DNA of 64,000 nt from an uncultured delta proteobacterium (GCA_963803435.1 CAWDML010000001.1:672001-736000), one strand, 5' to 3'; numbered from the stretch's first letter, positions 29,185-40,745 are shown. Numbers and translations are program-made. Notes: generated from the letters alone by a model not told the origin.

Positions 29185-30664
29185 GGCGGCGCTTCAGCCC
29201 ATCGATCGCGTCGGCGAGGGCCTCGTTGGGATCCTGCGTCGACGGATGCGGATAATAGTGGGCCTTCTCCTGGACGCGCTCGAGCGCGCCCAGCGCCATC
29301 TGCGCCAGGTCGGGCGCCCGGCCTACCATGTCGCTGATCGCGCGGATCGCCGCGATCGCGGTCTCCTGATCCCAGCACAGCTGCACCAGCCGCTGCACGT
29401 TCTTGGGCGTGGCGGGCGCCTTCTCGCCGGCGAGGTAGAGCGCCTTGTTGCGGGCCCGCCCGGCGCTCGGGCGCGCGGCGATGTCGATCATCAGCTCGGC
29501 CAGCGCCGGATCCGGCGGCTCCCTGCTGCGCCCGAAGGTCGCGTCCACCACGCGGTCGAAGGTGTTCGCCTCGCCCTGTCCCCACACGCCGACGTTCGCG
29601 AGGTACTTCCACACCACCGCCTTGCGCCGCGCCGGCGGGATGTTGTCCACCAGGTCCGCGCACGCGGTCTTCTTCCCGTAGACGATCGACTCCTGCTGCA
29701 GGCAGGCGGCCACCGCGAAGTCGAGGTTCGGCACGTCGCCCTCGCGATCCACGAGCTCCACCATCTCCTGCGCGCCGCGCGCCGGGGTCGACTCGTCCGC
29801 GATGAGCTGGAGCCAGGTGGCGACCGTCTCCATTCGCGAGAGACCGACGAAGGTCTGGGACACCGCGGTGAACGCGGCGATCGCCGACTCGTCGACGTCG
29901 GTGCGCATCGCGTGGAGGATCAGCCGCTGGGTCGGCGCGGAGTTGCGCGCCACCGGCTTGAGGGCCTCGGCGCAGCGGATGCGTAGAGCCGGCGTCGGAT
30001 CCCGGAGCATGCAGATCTCGACGGCGTTGCGGGCCGCCTGCTGATCGAAGACGTGGCCCTGGATGGCGTTGAGCGCCTGATGGCGCTCGTGATCGGGGTT
30101 GCGCACGTCGAGGAGGGTCCGGATCGCCTTGTCCTTCGACTCCACGCGCGGCACCTCGACGGGGCCCCACTCGAGCGGCAGCTGGGGATCGTCGATCACC
30201 GGCGGATCGGCGGAGAGCCGGGCCGCCTCCAGCCGGGGCGCCAGCACCTCGATCAACCGTCGGGCCGCCGCCGCCCCCGCCGCCGAGATCAGCGTCTGCA
30301 TCTCGGCGCGCTGCTTCCGCCCCAGCGGGTCGGAGGTGTGCGTGGTGTGGAAGCTGGGCAGGTCGGTGCGCTTGCCCTTGCCGAAGGTGAGGTAGACCGA
30401 GAACAGCTCCGCCTCCTCGATGAAGCGCCCGTTGATCAGGAGCGAGTAGTCACCGCTCTGGACGTCGGCGAAGCTCGCCTTCTCCAGGCGCATCGTCCCC
30501 GGCGCGCTCAGGACGCCGAGCACCTCCGCCTCGAGGAAGCGCTCGACCTCCTTGATCTCGATCGGCTCCCACGAGCGCGTGTCCACCTTGGTCGCGTACC
30601 TCACCAGGGGCGCGTCGCCGGGCGCGCCGATCGCGAGGAGCATCACCAACGACAGCGCGCTCAT
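29168..30664 (-). CDS. Secreted HEAT-like repeat protein (paralog of adjacent gene)
   Basis: Signal-like N-terminus. Shares GDVPNLD.A..ACL and LR..C..AL.P motifs with 30661-32124. Confidence 0.7.
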   Translation of the reverse strand: MSALSLVMLLAIGAPGDAPLVRYATKVDTRSWEPIEIKEVERFLEAEVLGVLSAPGTMRLEKASFADVQSGDYSLLINGRFIEEAELFSVYLTFGKGKRTDLPSFHTTHTSDPLGRKQRAEMQTLISAAGAAAARRLIEVLAPRLEAARLSADPPVIDDPQLPLEWGPVEVPRVESKDKAIRTLLDVRNPDHERHQALNAIQGHVFDQQAARNAVEICMLRDPTPALRIRCAEALKPVARNSAPTQRLILHAMRTDVDESAIAAFTAVSQTFVGLSRMETVATWLQLIADESTPARGAQEMVELVDREGDVPNLDFAVAACLQQESIVYGKKTACADLVDNIPPARRKAVVWKYLANVGVWGQGEANTFDRVVDATFGRSREPPDPALAELMIDIAARPSAGRARNKALYLAGEKAPATPKNVQRLVQLCWDQETAIAAIRAISDMVGRAPDLAQMALGALERVQEKAHYYPHPSTQDPNEALADAIDGLKRRLKRSR

Positions 30665-32124
30665 CGTCCGAGCTCCTTGATCGTGTCCGAGATCTGCTGC
30701 TCGGAGAGCGTCTTCGGATAGGTGCCCATCGCCTTGAGCTCGCTCAGCTTCTCCACGATCGCGGGCCTGAGCGCCGGATCCGCCTTCCCGATCCGTTTGA
30801 GCCCCCAGAGCGCGTAGTTGGTGCCGCTGGTCTGGACAACCTCGAGCATCCGCTCCATCTGCTTCTTCGAGGGCGCCGCCCACTCGGAGAGGATCACCAT
30901 CGAGCTGTGCGAGAGCGTCCTCTGGTAGCGCTCCCACAGGATGTCGCCCAGCTCGGGCATCCAGCCGGGCGCCTTCTCCAGCACCTTCTTGACGGCGCTC
31001 TCCCAGGCCGTGCCGATGCTGCCTTCGCGCTCGCCGGCACCCTTCAAATAGTACGGGGAGTCGGGGTTGGTCTCCTTCAGGAAGCGCCACAGGATCGCGA
31101 CCCGGCGCTCGTGCGGCAGCGGGTCGAGCAGGTCGATGCAGCTCATCTGCGGGCGCTCGTAGGCACCCGGCTTGGACTTGAGACAGGCGCGGATCGCGAC
31201 GTCGAGGTTCGGGACGTCGCCGAGGCCAGAGAGGCCGGCCGGGATGGAGCCGTGGCCGGCGGACTCGAGGAAGGCCTGGATCGCCTCGGCCTTGGCGGCG
31301 CCGGTGAAGTAGAGCATCTGCTCGTCGGCCTCGCTCTTCACCCGATCGTCGTCGTCCTTGCGAAACGCCTGGATCACCACGCGGCGCGTGGGGTCGATCC
31401 TCCGCGACAGCGGCCTGAGCGCGATCAGGCAGCCCAGGCGCAGCTCCTTGTCGGGATGTTCGAGCACGCAGCGCTCCAGCACGTGGCGCGGCGTGGCCTC
31501 AAAGAGCGCGAGCGAGGTCAGCTCGCGCAAGGCAGCTTGCCGGAGATCCGACTTCTTCGAGTAGAGATCCTGGGCCGCCCGGCTGGCATCGACCTTCGGG
31601 ATCCGGACGGGGGCCCACTGCCACGGCGATCCCTCGTCGTCGCCGGGACGGTCCCCGGGGGGCTCGTTCCCGCGGGCACGGGCAGCCTGCTCGAGCGGAC
31701 GGCGCATCGTCTCGACCAGCCGCGCCGCCGCCTTGCGGGCCGAGGCCTCGATCTCCGCGAGCATCTTGGCGCGGGATTGCTTGGTGAGCGCGACCGTCTG
31801 CGAGGCGGTCAGACTGGGGAGATCGCTCTTCGCGCCCGGCCCGAGCTGGAGATAGACGGTATGCGTCTCGGCCTCGTCGAGGATGTGGCCGCGGATCTCC
31901 AGGTGATAGTCCGCCTGGCTCCCGCCTTTCTTGCTCTTCTCCAGCTGGATCAAACCTGGGCGTGAGAGCACCTCGAGCGCGGCGTGCTCGATCGTCTGGG
32001 CGATGTCACCGAGATCGATCGGACGCCACGAGCCGGCGTCGACCTCGACGTCGTAGCTCACTCGCGGCACGGAGGCGAGCGCGGTCGCAGAGGTCATCAG
32101 CGTGACGAACGGAAGCCATCGCAA
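30661..32124 (-). CDS. Secreted HEAT-like repeat protein
   Basis: TTG start, signal peptide ending ATALA. Stop overlaps the next ATG. Confidence 0.7.
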   Translation of the reverse strand: MRWLPFVTLMTSATALASVPRVSYDVEVDAGSWRPIDLGDIAQTIEHAALEVLSRPGLIQLEKSKKGGSQADYHLEIRGHILDEAETHTVYLQLGPGAKSDLPSLTASQTVALTKQSRAKMLAEIEASARKAAARLVETMRRPLEQAARARGNEPPGDRPGDDEGSPWQWAPVRIPKVDASRAAQDLYSKKSDLRQAALRELTSLALFEATPRHVLERCVLEHPDKELRLGCLIALRPLSRRIDPTRRVVIQAFRKDDDDRVKSEADEQMLYFTGAAKAEAIQAFLESAGHGSIPAGLSGLGDVPNLDVAIRACLKSKPGAYERPQMSCIDLLDPLPHERRVAILWRFLKETNPDSPYYLKGAGEREGSIGTAWESAVKKVLEKAPGWMPELGDILWERYQRTLSHSSMVILSEWAAPSKKQMERMLEVVQTSGTNYALWGLKRIGKADPALRPAIVEKLSELKAMGTYPKTLSEQQISDTIKELGR

Positions 32125-32150
32125 AGCGGCGGCAGTGTATCATCGCCGCC

Positions 32151-32753
32151 ATGCGACGCCTCCACCCGCTCCTGCTCGCCGCGATGCTGCCGGCATGCGC
32201 CGGATCCAGCCCGCCGCCCTCGAACACGGTGACCCGCACTGACGAGAGCCTCGATCTGTCCGGCGAATGGAACGACGTCGACGCGGATCAGGTGGCCGCA
32301 GCGATGATCGACGAGTGCATGAAGAGCCCCTGGGCCGAGACCTGGGCCCAGGCCCACGGACACAAGCCGGTGGTGCGCTTGCACCCGGTCCGCAACAAGA
32401 CGGACGGCTACATCGACTATCGCTACTTCACGAAGCAGCTCGAAGCGGCGCTCCTCAACTCGGGCCGGGTCGACGTGGTCAGCTCGATGGAGGAGGCCGG
32501 CGCAGCCCGGGAGGAGCGCGAAGATCAGGCCGTCCACGCCAGCGACGAGACCGCCAAGTCGGAGCAGAACGAGACCGGCAGCGACTTCATCCTGACCGGG
32601 TGGATCCTGAGCCAGAACGACCACGACCAGCGCCGGGAGGTGAAGAGCTATCTGACCTCGCTCGAGCTGGTGGAGACGGAGACCCAGAAGAAAGCCTGGG
32701 TCGGACAGAAACGGATCAAGAAGTTGATCCAGAAGAACGAGGAACAACAATGA
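32151..32753 (+). CDS. lpoB: Penicillin-binding protein activator LpoB-family lipoprotein
   Basis: Lipobox LPAC. DLSGEWNDVD, VRNKT, GSDFILTG, LELVETET...W. Confidence 0.8.
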   Translation: MRRLHPLLLAAMLPACAGSSPPPSNTVTRTDESLDLSGEWNDVDADQVAAAMIDECMKSPWAETWAQAHGHKPVVRLHPVRNKTDGYIDYRYFTKQLEAALLNSGRVDVVSSMEEAGAAREEREDQAVHASDETAKSEQNETGSDFILTGWILSQNDHDQRREVKSYLTSLELVETETQKKAWVGQKRIKKLIQKNEEQQ

Positions 32754-33529
32754 AGCTGATCACCTTTGCCGCTCTGGCGCTGATGCTCTCCTCCGCGTGC
32801 TCGACGCTCTCCGTGAACAAGGCGGAGCTCGCGAACGTGAAGTCGGCCGCGCTCGTCGGCTTCGGCGCGGACATCTCGGCGCTGCAGCCGAGAGACGAGG
32901 GCAGCAACCGAGGCGTGATGGGGACCATCAACGCGGTCAACAAGATCCGCAAGATGTCGGACGGGCGCAGCTTCGAAGAGCGGCATGCGCAGGCCGACGG
33001 ATCGTACCGCTTGTTCGTGGAGCGGCTCGCCAAGGACCTGGGCTGGAAGGTCCTGTCCGCGACCGAGACCTCGTCGAACGCCGAGTACACGACCGAGTAT
33101 CAGAACCGGACCGCGAAGAAGTGGATGGCGAGCACGACGGAGGCGCTGGGATCGAAGCTCTACGTCAAGGGCATCATGTGGGATCAGGATGCCCAGCGCC
33201 TGTCCGCCGAGGATCGGGCCCGCCTGATGGAGGCGCTCGGGGTCGACGCGATCGCGATCGCGACCGTCGAGCTGAAGGTCGGCAAGACCACCGGCTTTGG
33301 GCGCTACACGCGCTACCCCGCCGCCGTCATCAAGCTGGCGGTCTACGATCGCAGCCACCCGGATCCGATCTGGAGCGACCGTTACGCTCCGGGCGACAGC
33401 GCCAGTCAGGGGATCACCGAGACGATGGGCTTCGCCAGCACGGCCGACGCCACGCCCATCGTCCTCGAGGCCGTCCAGCTGGGCCTGGACGCCCTGATGC
33501 AGCGTTACCGCGAAGCTGAGGGGGGATAA
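32750..33529 (+). CDS. Hypothetical lipoprotein
   Basis: MKLITFAALALMLSSAC lipobox. ATGA overlap with the lpoB-like gene. Confidence 0.75.
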   Translation: MKLITFAALALMLSSACSTLSVNKAELANVKSAALVGFGADISALQPRDEGSNRGVMGTINAVNKIRKMSDGRSFEERHAQADGSYRLFVERLAKDLGWKVLSATETSSNAEYTTEYQNRTAKKWMASTTEALGSKLYVKGIMWDQDAQRLSAEDRARLMEALGVDAIAIATVELKVGKTTGFGRYTRYPAAVIKLAVYDRSHPDPIWSDRYAPGDSASQGITETMGFASTADATPIVLEAVQLGLDALMQRYREAEGG

Positions 33530-33588
33530 TTCCACACATTCGGATGAAGATCTGAGGTCGCGCGTCGTGTGCGGCCGATAACACGTCA

Positions 33589-36500
33589 GTGCGGGTTCAG
33601 GCGCGGCGCAGTTTCATTGATGCCCCGCAGGTTACAGCTGAGACCGCCCGCCCGCGCTTCGATCGCCCGCCCCTCTTCTCGCGCGCGCCCGGGCCGCCGA
33701 TCGAGCTCCCCGCCCTCCTTCGCCCGATCGTCGGCCGCGATCTGCCCAAACGCATCTTCCAGGAGGTCCTCCGCAAGCGCGCCGTCCCGCTCTTGAAGCG
33801 CTTGGTGGCCGCGCAGGCCGAGCTCCGCGGGGAGCGGGCCGACCGCGCGCGGGAGCGAAGCCGCGCGTTGCTGGAGTCGATCCGCACCTTCGACCTCCGC
33901 GTGCTCGAGAAGCCCGACCTCTTCTTCGATCGCGTCGTCGAGATGAGCAAGGCGCTCGACGGCATCATCGACGACGCCGATTACGCGGTCTTCGGACAGA
34001 TCGGTCTCCTCCACCAGCTGAGGGCGCTCAACGTGGGGCTCCGCAGCTCCCGGGGTCTCTGGCACACGGTCCGGATGGGGAGCGCCATGCGCGACCCCGA
34101 GCTCCAGCGCCAGGCGCTCGCGCTCGGTGGAGATGCCCAGTCCGTGCTCGATCGAGGCTGGCGCGGCGGTGACATCACGGACGACCTCGCCCGCCTCGAA
34201 CAGCGCTTCGGCGACTTCAAGACGAACCTCGACGAGGAGATGGGCCGCGACTCCGGCCTGTCGCCTGCGTTCACCGGGCTCCGCGTCAGCCGGCGCGCCT
34301 GGACGTACCGCCTGATGCTGGAGCGCGCCATCGCCAAGGAGCAGGGCCGGCCCGAGGCGCAGCTGTCGAACCGGGAGCTCTGCGAGTGGGTGCGTGTCCA
34401 CGGTGTGCCGCACGAGGTGATCGCCGAGATCTACGCCACCGACATTCTCCCCATCCTGCGATCGATCGAGGAGGACCCGACGCGCAACGCGCACGCCGAG
34501 GCGATGCGGACCAAGGCGCGTGCGCTGGCGGACATGATCGAGCAAGCGGATCCCGAGACGTTGCGGACCGCGGATCAGATCGAAGCCTTCACGATCGAGA
34601 TCGGACGGGCGCTCGAAGAGATCCTCATCGAGGCCGAGCAGGTGACCCAGCCCGCCGACGGGATCGTCCGCCGCCTTCGGGAGTCACGGTCGGCCGCGGA
34701 GGCGGTGCGCGTCCTCTTGCTCGGGCTCCGCGTCAACGAGACCGTGCACAACGAAGGCTTCGTCGCCCGCGCCCGCAGCCTGCTCGACGAGGTGCAGGCG
34801 GTCGCCAACGCGAAGGGCGACGCCGATCGGCGGCTCGGCGACCTCGAGCGCCACCTGATCGAGCTCGGCGACGAGGCGAAGGCCCTCCTGCACGTGGAGC
34901 GGCTCCCGGCCCTGGACCAGAGCCTCTCGGTCCTCCGCGCCGTGCGCAAGGCGGTCCGGCTCCGCGACGCCGCCGGCCTGGCGCTGAACCCCGCAGTCCG
35001 AGAGGCGGCGGATGCCTTCGGCGATCTGGAGATGAGCGCGGAGCGGCGGCGCGAGATCTATGACCGCGCGCTCGGCGAGCCGCTCCTCGAGACGGTGGTG
35101 GGCCTCCTGCTGGCGATGCGTGAGGTCGAATCTCGGGTTCACCTTCGCCGACCTCGGTCGTGGACTGGAGAGGTTCCTCCGCGCGGGCGGCGACGGTGAT
35201 CTCAACCCGGTCATCGCCCGCTCTCCCCTCGCCTTCATGGCGCGCGCCGACTTCGCCGACGCCTTCCAGAAGATCGACACGTTCCTCGAGAACGCCGGAA
35301 CACCGGAGCGCAAGGAGGCGATCGACGCGAGCCTCAACGTCGTTCGTGCGGTGGCCAAGGTCGAGGAGGACGCGCTCGGCAACATCGCGGCGCGGATCCC
35401 GGAGGGCGAAGGGATCATGGTCGGTGTCGCCACCGTCGAGTGGGTGGTGAGCTCGATGCAGGTGCTCCTCCAATGGACGGCGCGGGAGCTCGCCGAACCC
35501 TCGGGAGTCGCGACCGCGGACTTCCTCGATCTGATGGTGCAGGCGACCGAGGACCACCTCGACTCGCTGATGGGGCGTGACCCGCGCGAGGTCGCCGCCG
35601 AGGACATCCGCACGCTGCGGGTGGACCTCCGGACCCACGCGAGCGCCGGCGCCGCCCGGATCGGCCTGAGTCGCGTCCCGGAGGCGGCCCAGAGGCTCGC
35701 GACCCACAAGCCCCAAGGCGACGACGCCCGCCGGCTGGCCGCGATCAACGAGACGCTGCTGGAGCGACTGAAGTCGGTCGAGACCACCGCCTCCTCCCGC
35801 GCAGCCATGCAGCACGTCCTGGGCGACATGCGGGCAACGCTCCGGACCGTCGTCAATCTGGTTCACCTCTTCGGCGCGGCCAGCAACGACCTCATGGACG
35901 AGGACGAGCGCGTGCATGCGATCCAGGGCTCGATCGAGCGCATGGGCCCGCTGTTCGTGAAGCTGATGCAGACGCTCGCGAACATGCAGAGCCTGCTGGC
36001 GAAGATCTCTCCGGACGACAACAAAACCGAGGAGCCGGACGCTCCTGCGGCGGAGGGAGCCGAGAAGAACGACGCCCTGTTCACCGGCCTGAAGCGGCTC
36101 CAGGACGAGGTGACACCGCTCCCCTGGCCGTACATCGAGGACCAGATCCGGAGCTCTCTCGAGCTGAGCGCCGACGCGCCCCTGGTCGAAGCGGACGGCA
36201 CGCGCGCTCCGTTCGTCTCGATCGACACCGAGCCGCTCAAGAGCGGATCCATCGGCCAGACGCACCGGGCGAAGATCCGGGTCGATCGCGAGGGGGGAGA
36301 AGAGATCGTCGACGTCGTCGTCAAGGTGCTCCGGCCCGACATCGACAAGACCTTCGAGGACACCATCCGGATCACGCGGCTGACGATCCTGATCTTCAAG
36401 GAGCTCCTCCGTCTCGACGCAAACGGCGCCATCTTCCGCGAGGTCAAGGATCAGGCGGAGCGGATCATCTCCATGCTCGAGCGCGCGCTGGAAGGGTTCA

Positions 36501-37939
36501 TCGAGACGTTCCGCGTCGAGACCGACTTCGTGCAGGAGGCCGAGAACATCCGCCGCTTCCGGGTGACGCTGGCGCCCGACCGAAACATCGTGGTGCCCGA
36601 GGTCTTCGACTCGCACAGCCGCGGCAACATCCTCACGATGGAGGAGATCAAGGGCTTCAAGCTCACGCGCTGGCTCGAGCGCCATCGCTTCGCGGAGGCC
36701 AGCGAGACCCTGGCCGAGCAGCGGGGCGCGCTCCCGGCGCAGCATCGGGGAGCCGAGGCGCTGCGGCGGGCGGAGGCCTGGATCGAGCAGACCTACCGGG
36801 GCACCCCGATCGAGTCGAGCCTCGAGGTCCGGGGTCGCCTCGCCTCCACGGTCCGCGTGCGGTTCGTCGACTCGGCCTCTCGCGTGGTCGAGCGCTGCCT
36901 GGAGGTCCGGTCGAAGGACGGCCGGATCCGCCCCTCGGACGGCGCCCCCATCCCGCGGTCGGGAGCCGTCAACAAGTCGGAGGTCTGGGGCCGTCGAGCC
37001 TTCGGCCTCCCGGTCCGCGCCTCGACGGTGGAGCGGGTCGATACGTCACGCCCGCTGTTCGGAGAGGGTGACGGCTACCTGATCCACCTCGACTTCGAGT
37101 CGCCGCACGCGGAGAGCGCGACGGTCTTCGTCGATCGCAAGACCGGGGACCTCGAGCCGAGGACCAAGGTCCCCGACCTCACGCTGCGCGGCATGGAGGG
37201 CCTGCGCGATCGACTGGCCACCACCTTCGGCGTTCAGCTGGCCCGCGGCCTGCTCCACGGCGATCCCCACGAAGGCAACTTCTTCGTGCTCCCCGACGGC
37301 AAGACGGTCGGCCTGGTCGACTTCGGGCTCGCCATCGAGCTCGGAATGTTCGACGCGGGCGGTCCGCTGAAGCTTCTCTCGGGCGCTTTCCTCGGCCGTC
37401 CGGAGGCGATGGCGGAGGCGATCCTCAGCATGTCGACACAGGCGGACCTCCCGCCCGGCGAAGAGCGCGACACGATCCTCGAAAGCCTCACCGCCGAGTA
37501 CGAGCGCATCCTCGAGGTGGCCGACGCCGAGACCAAGGCCAAGAAGCGCGACCTCGCCAAGAAGCCGTTCTTCCAGCGCCTCAAGGCCACCGGCCTGCTC
37601 CGCTTCAGCCGCACGATCGAGGTGTCGCGCCGCGCGCTCGAGCACATCCTCCGCACCGGCGCGCTCGCGCCCTCCCCGAAGAGCCTCCAGGCGCTCAAGG
37701 CCACCTTCTCGATGGGCGGCAACCTCGCCGAGATCGAGAAGACCGGGGTCAAGACGCCGCTCTGGAGACGCGCCGCGCGTTTCTTCAAGGAGATCACGCT
37801 CCAGACGGCGCTCCGTCCCTTCATTCGGAGGCCCAGACCAGCTCCGGGGTCGCCGGCCGTCGAGCTCCCGCGACTCGGGCCATCGCGGCCCTGGGTCCGC
37901 GATCGGCTCGAGGACGTCCGGCAGCCCAACGCACCGTGA
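33589..37939 (+). CDS. Large ABC1/UbiB (AarF) atypical kinase, apparent +1 frameshift at ~35129
   Basis: MGPLFVKLMQ, LQDEV, SGSIGQTH, VVKVLRP, ETDF..EA.N, LTMEE, HGDPHEGN, DFG. The N-terminal helical half joins when one A is removed. Confidence 0.8.
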
Positions 37940-37960
37940 GCCGTGTTGTCGAGCCGAGCC

Positions 37961-39976
37961 TCATCGCGCGCGTCCCAGAGCATCGATGGTTCCCCATGAG
38001 CCGTGGATGTCGAGGAGCTCGATGCGCTCGAGCTCCGCAGGGAGAGCTGGGTCCACGATCAGGTGCGCGCCGCTCGGCTCGAGGCCGAGCAGCGTCCTGA
38101 GGAAGAGAAGGGGCGCTCCGCTCGCCCATGCCTGCGGGCTGCAGGCGGTCGGGTACTCGACCGGGTACTTCGTCGCCTCGCGCTCGTAACCTCCGAACGC
38201 CTCTGGAAGCCGCTCGTGAAAGAGCTCGGCCGCCCGCAGAAGGGCGATCGCGATGCGCGCGCTCTCGGCTCGGTACCCGTACCGGCGTAGGCCCAACGCG
38301 ATGAACGAGTTGTCGTGCGGCCAGACGGTGCCGACATGGTACCCGATCGGATTGTAGGATCCTTCGCTCGAGGCCATCGTTCGCACTCCCCAGCCGGAGA
38401 ACAGTGCGTCGCTCATGAGATGCCGAACGCAGCTCGCCGCGTGGTCCTCATCCGCGATGCCGCTCCACAGCAGGTGACCGATGTTGGAGGTGAGTGAATC
38501 GACCTTGCGCTTCTGGCCGTCCAAGGCGAGCGCGAAGAAGCCACGCTCCGGGAGCCAGAAGTCCTGATTGAAACGGGTCTTCAACGCCTCGGCGTCACGG
38601 TCGAGCGCCGCCGCCCAGGTCGGATCGCCCCAAACTTCGCGCGCCAACCGCGCCGCTCTTCGCTTGGCATCGTACGCGTACCCCTGCAGCTCACAGGTGG
38701 CGCGCGGAGTGGGCGCGATCGTCCCGTCGGCGAACACGATCGAATCCCACGAGTCCTTCCAGCATTGGTTGTCCAGCCCGGTCTTCTCGTTGCGGCGCTC
38801 ATACTCGATGTAACCGTCGCCGTCGCGATCACCGTAGCGATCGATCCACTGCACCGCCGCCCGCGCTTCCCGCTCGAGCGAACGAACCAGCTCTCGATCG
38901 CCGGTCCAGCGCTCGTATTCGTCGAGAAGGATCAGGAAGAGCGGCGTTGAGTCCGCGGCTCCGTAATAGGGAGAGTGGGGACGCTCCTCGAACGCGGTCA
39001 TCTCTCCCAGACGCACTTCATGCAAGATTTTGCCGGGCTCTTCGTCGCGGAAGGGATCATCCGAGAGACCTTGAAACAACGCCAGGGTGCGGAGCGTGGT
39101 CGACGCGAGCTCCGGGAGGAAGGGGAGCGCCTGGAAGCTCGTCAGCAGGCTGTCGCGCCCGAAGACCGCCATGAACCACGGGAGGCCCGCCGCAGGGAGC
39201 GCTCCGGGGAACACGCGCGTTCGGAAGCGCAAGGCGGCGAGGTCGACGAGACTCTTCCGATAGATGAGCTCGAGAGGTGCCCAGGAGCTCACCAGCTTCG
39301 GAGCGTCCGCGATCCACTGCTCCGGGTCTTGACCGTTCGTGGGCTTCTCGCCGGCCGCGTGCTCCGGCTGCGGGCGGTCACCTTCGCCGGGTATCCGGGC
39401 ATCGACCTCGAGGGCGGCCGTCCACCCCGCATGAGGCTCGAGCCGCACCCTGAAGAGGAGGCCGTCCTCTCGCAGCTCCGAAGGGGGCGTGGTCGAGATG
39501 CGCGTCTCGCGGACGAACCTGGCGCGCTGATATCCGAGCGTGAGATGGCCGTCGTCCACGCGCCGGTAGAAGCTGCCCGTCTTGGGGAGCTTGTCCTTTA
39601 CTTCGAAGAGATCGGCGAAGTCCGAGTCGGCCTCGACGCGAACCTCCAGATCCATGGGCTCGTGCCCATGATTGAGGAGGGTCAGGTCCTCGTGGAAACC
39701 GTCACCGACGGCGCGCTTTCGGATCACGGAGAGCTTGGAGTCGACGTACACGGTGCCGGTGGACACCGCGGCGAAGAACTGATTGCGGAAGTAGTCCAGG
39801 TCATCGACGGTCAGCACCTTCGGTCGAACACCGTTGATCGTCAGGATCCACCGCGAGAGAAACCGCGTATCGTTGACGAACAACCCGTGCTCGGTCGTGG
39901 GCGTCGATTCGATGTCCCCGTGACGATCGCTCACCACGAACTTGTTTCCATCCAGGATACTGATGGTCTCAGGCAT
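37961..39976 (-). CDS. Amylo-alpha-1,6-glucosidase / glycogen debranching enzyme family
   Basis: DTRFLS, AGLPWF..FGRDS, EEPGKILHE, NQCWKDS, YHVGTVWPHD, ACSPQAWA. Confidence 0.92.
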   Translation of the reverse strand: MPETISILDGNKFVVSDRHGDIESTPTTEHGLFVNDTRFLSRWILTINGVRPKVLTVDDLDYFRNQFFAAVSTGTVYVDSKLSVIRKRAVGDGFHEDLTLLNHGHEPMDLEVRVEADSDFADLFEVKDKLPKTGSFYRRVDDGHLTLGYQRARFVRETRISTTPPSELREDGLLFRVRLEPHAGWTAALEVDARIPGEGDRPQPEHAAGEKPTNGQDPEQWIADAPKLVSSWAPLELIYRKSLVDLAALRFRTRVFPGALPAAGLPWFMAVFGRDSLLTSFQALPFLPELASTTLRTLALFQGLSDDPFRDEEPGKILHEVRLGEMTAFEERPHSPYYGAADSTPLFLILLDEYERWTGDRELVRSLEREARAAVQWIDRYGDRDGDGYIEYERRNEKTGLDNQCWKDSWDSIVFADGTIAPTPRATCELQGYAYDAKRRAARLAREVWGDPTWAAALDRDAEALKTRFNQDFWLPERGFFALALDGQKRKVDSLTSNIGHLLWSGIADEDHAASCVRHLMSDALFSGWGVRTMASSEGSYNPIGYHVGTVWPHDNSFIALGLRRYGYRAESARIAIALLRAAELFHERLPEAFGGYEREATKYPVEYPTACSPQAWASGAPLLFLRTLLGLEPSGAHLIVDPALPAELERIELLDIHGSWGTIDALGRAR

Positions 39977-39979
39977 GGC

Positions 39980-40336
39980 TCAGCCTTCCTTTGTCTTTCG
40001 AGCGGCGAACGGAGAGGTACCGTGCAGCTCGCGGATGACCTTGATCGCGAAGGCCCGATCCCCCTCCAGCTCGAGCCGATTCTGCAGGGCCGCCACGACC
40101 GGATTCAGCTGTCCCTGGCCGATCGCCACCATGGTCTCGACAGAGTCGCAGATCGCGACCGCATCGCTTTCTCCCGCTCCGAGACGGAATATGACCTCCC
40201 CGTCCTCGACCTCGATGGCTCCGCAAGCATCGCCGTCGACGTGCAAGCTCAGGCGGCCCGAAATCCCGCTCAACCCGGGGATACGACCGCGAGCCCCGTC
40301 GGGAGGAAGCTTGGTCTTCACATTGGGTCCGATCAT
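39980..40336 (-). CDS. SCP2 sterol/lipid-binding domain protein
   Basis: GQLNPVVAALQNRLELEGD motif. Immediately upstream of the debranching enzyme. Confidence 0.75.
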   Translation of the reverse strand: MIGPNVKTKLPPDGARGRIPGLSGISGRLSLHVDGDACGAIEVEDGEVIFRLGAGESDAVAICDSVETMVAIGQGQLNPVVAALQNRLELEGDRAFAIKVIRELHGTSPFAARKTKEG

Positions 40337-40670
40337 GCCGGTGATAGTGCAACGGGTAGGCCCACCCGGGAGGACCCGGCGGCCGACGGCCGCCGCGACG
40401 AAGCTCATCAACGCGACGTTTGAGCTCCCACATTCGGACTGCGCAGCGCGCGAAGCGCGCATTCGGCCGCCGGCAGCGCAGGCACCGATACACGTCTTGC
40501 GGTTTCGCTGAAGGGCTGGCGCGAGCCAACCCACCGCGGCCGTGCGGGCTGGGTACGACCGCCGCGAGAGCACGGGGCTTCGTTGCGTCGGGGAGAGAAG
40601 GAATGGGCTCGGTCAGCTCACCGTGATCCGATTGCAACCTGCAACTTCACCCTCGTCCTATCCCCCTGCT

Positions 40671-40686
40671 TGGTACACGACATGCT
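40671..40686 (+). promoter_or_regulatory. Putative sigma54 promoter
   Basis: TGGTACACGACATGCT (GG-N10-GC) upstream of the efflux operon. Confidence 0.5.
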
Positions 40687-40745
40687 CGAGGAAAGGCGCG
40701 AGCGAAAGAGAGGAGGCGCAGTGCATTCGACGACGACTGACCAGC

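Noticed and set aside
33519-33537. GGGGATAATTCCACA, overlapping DnaA-box-like sequences
   Set aside because: An isolated imperfect pair overlapping a stop codon. Too weak without a cluster.
36665-37200. Kinase insert as an intein
   Set aside because: No Cys/Ser start with a His-Asn end followed by Cys/Ser/Thr, and no LAGLIDADG motifs.
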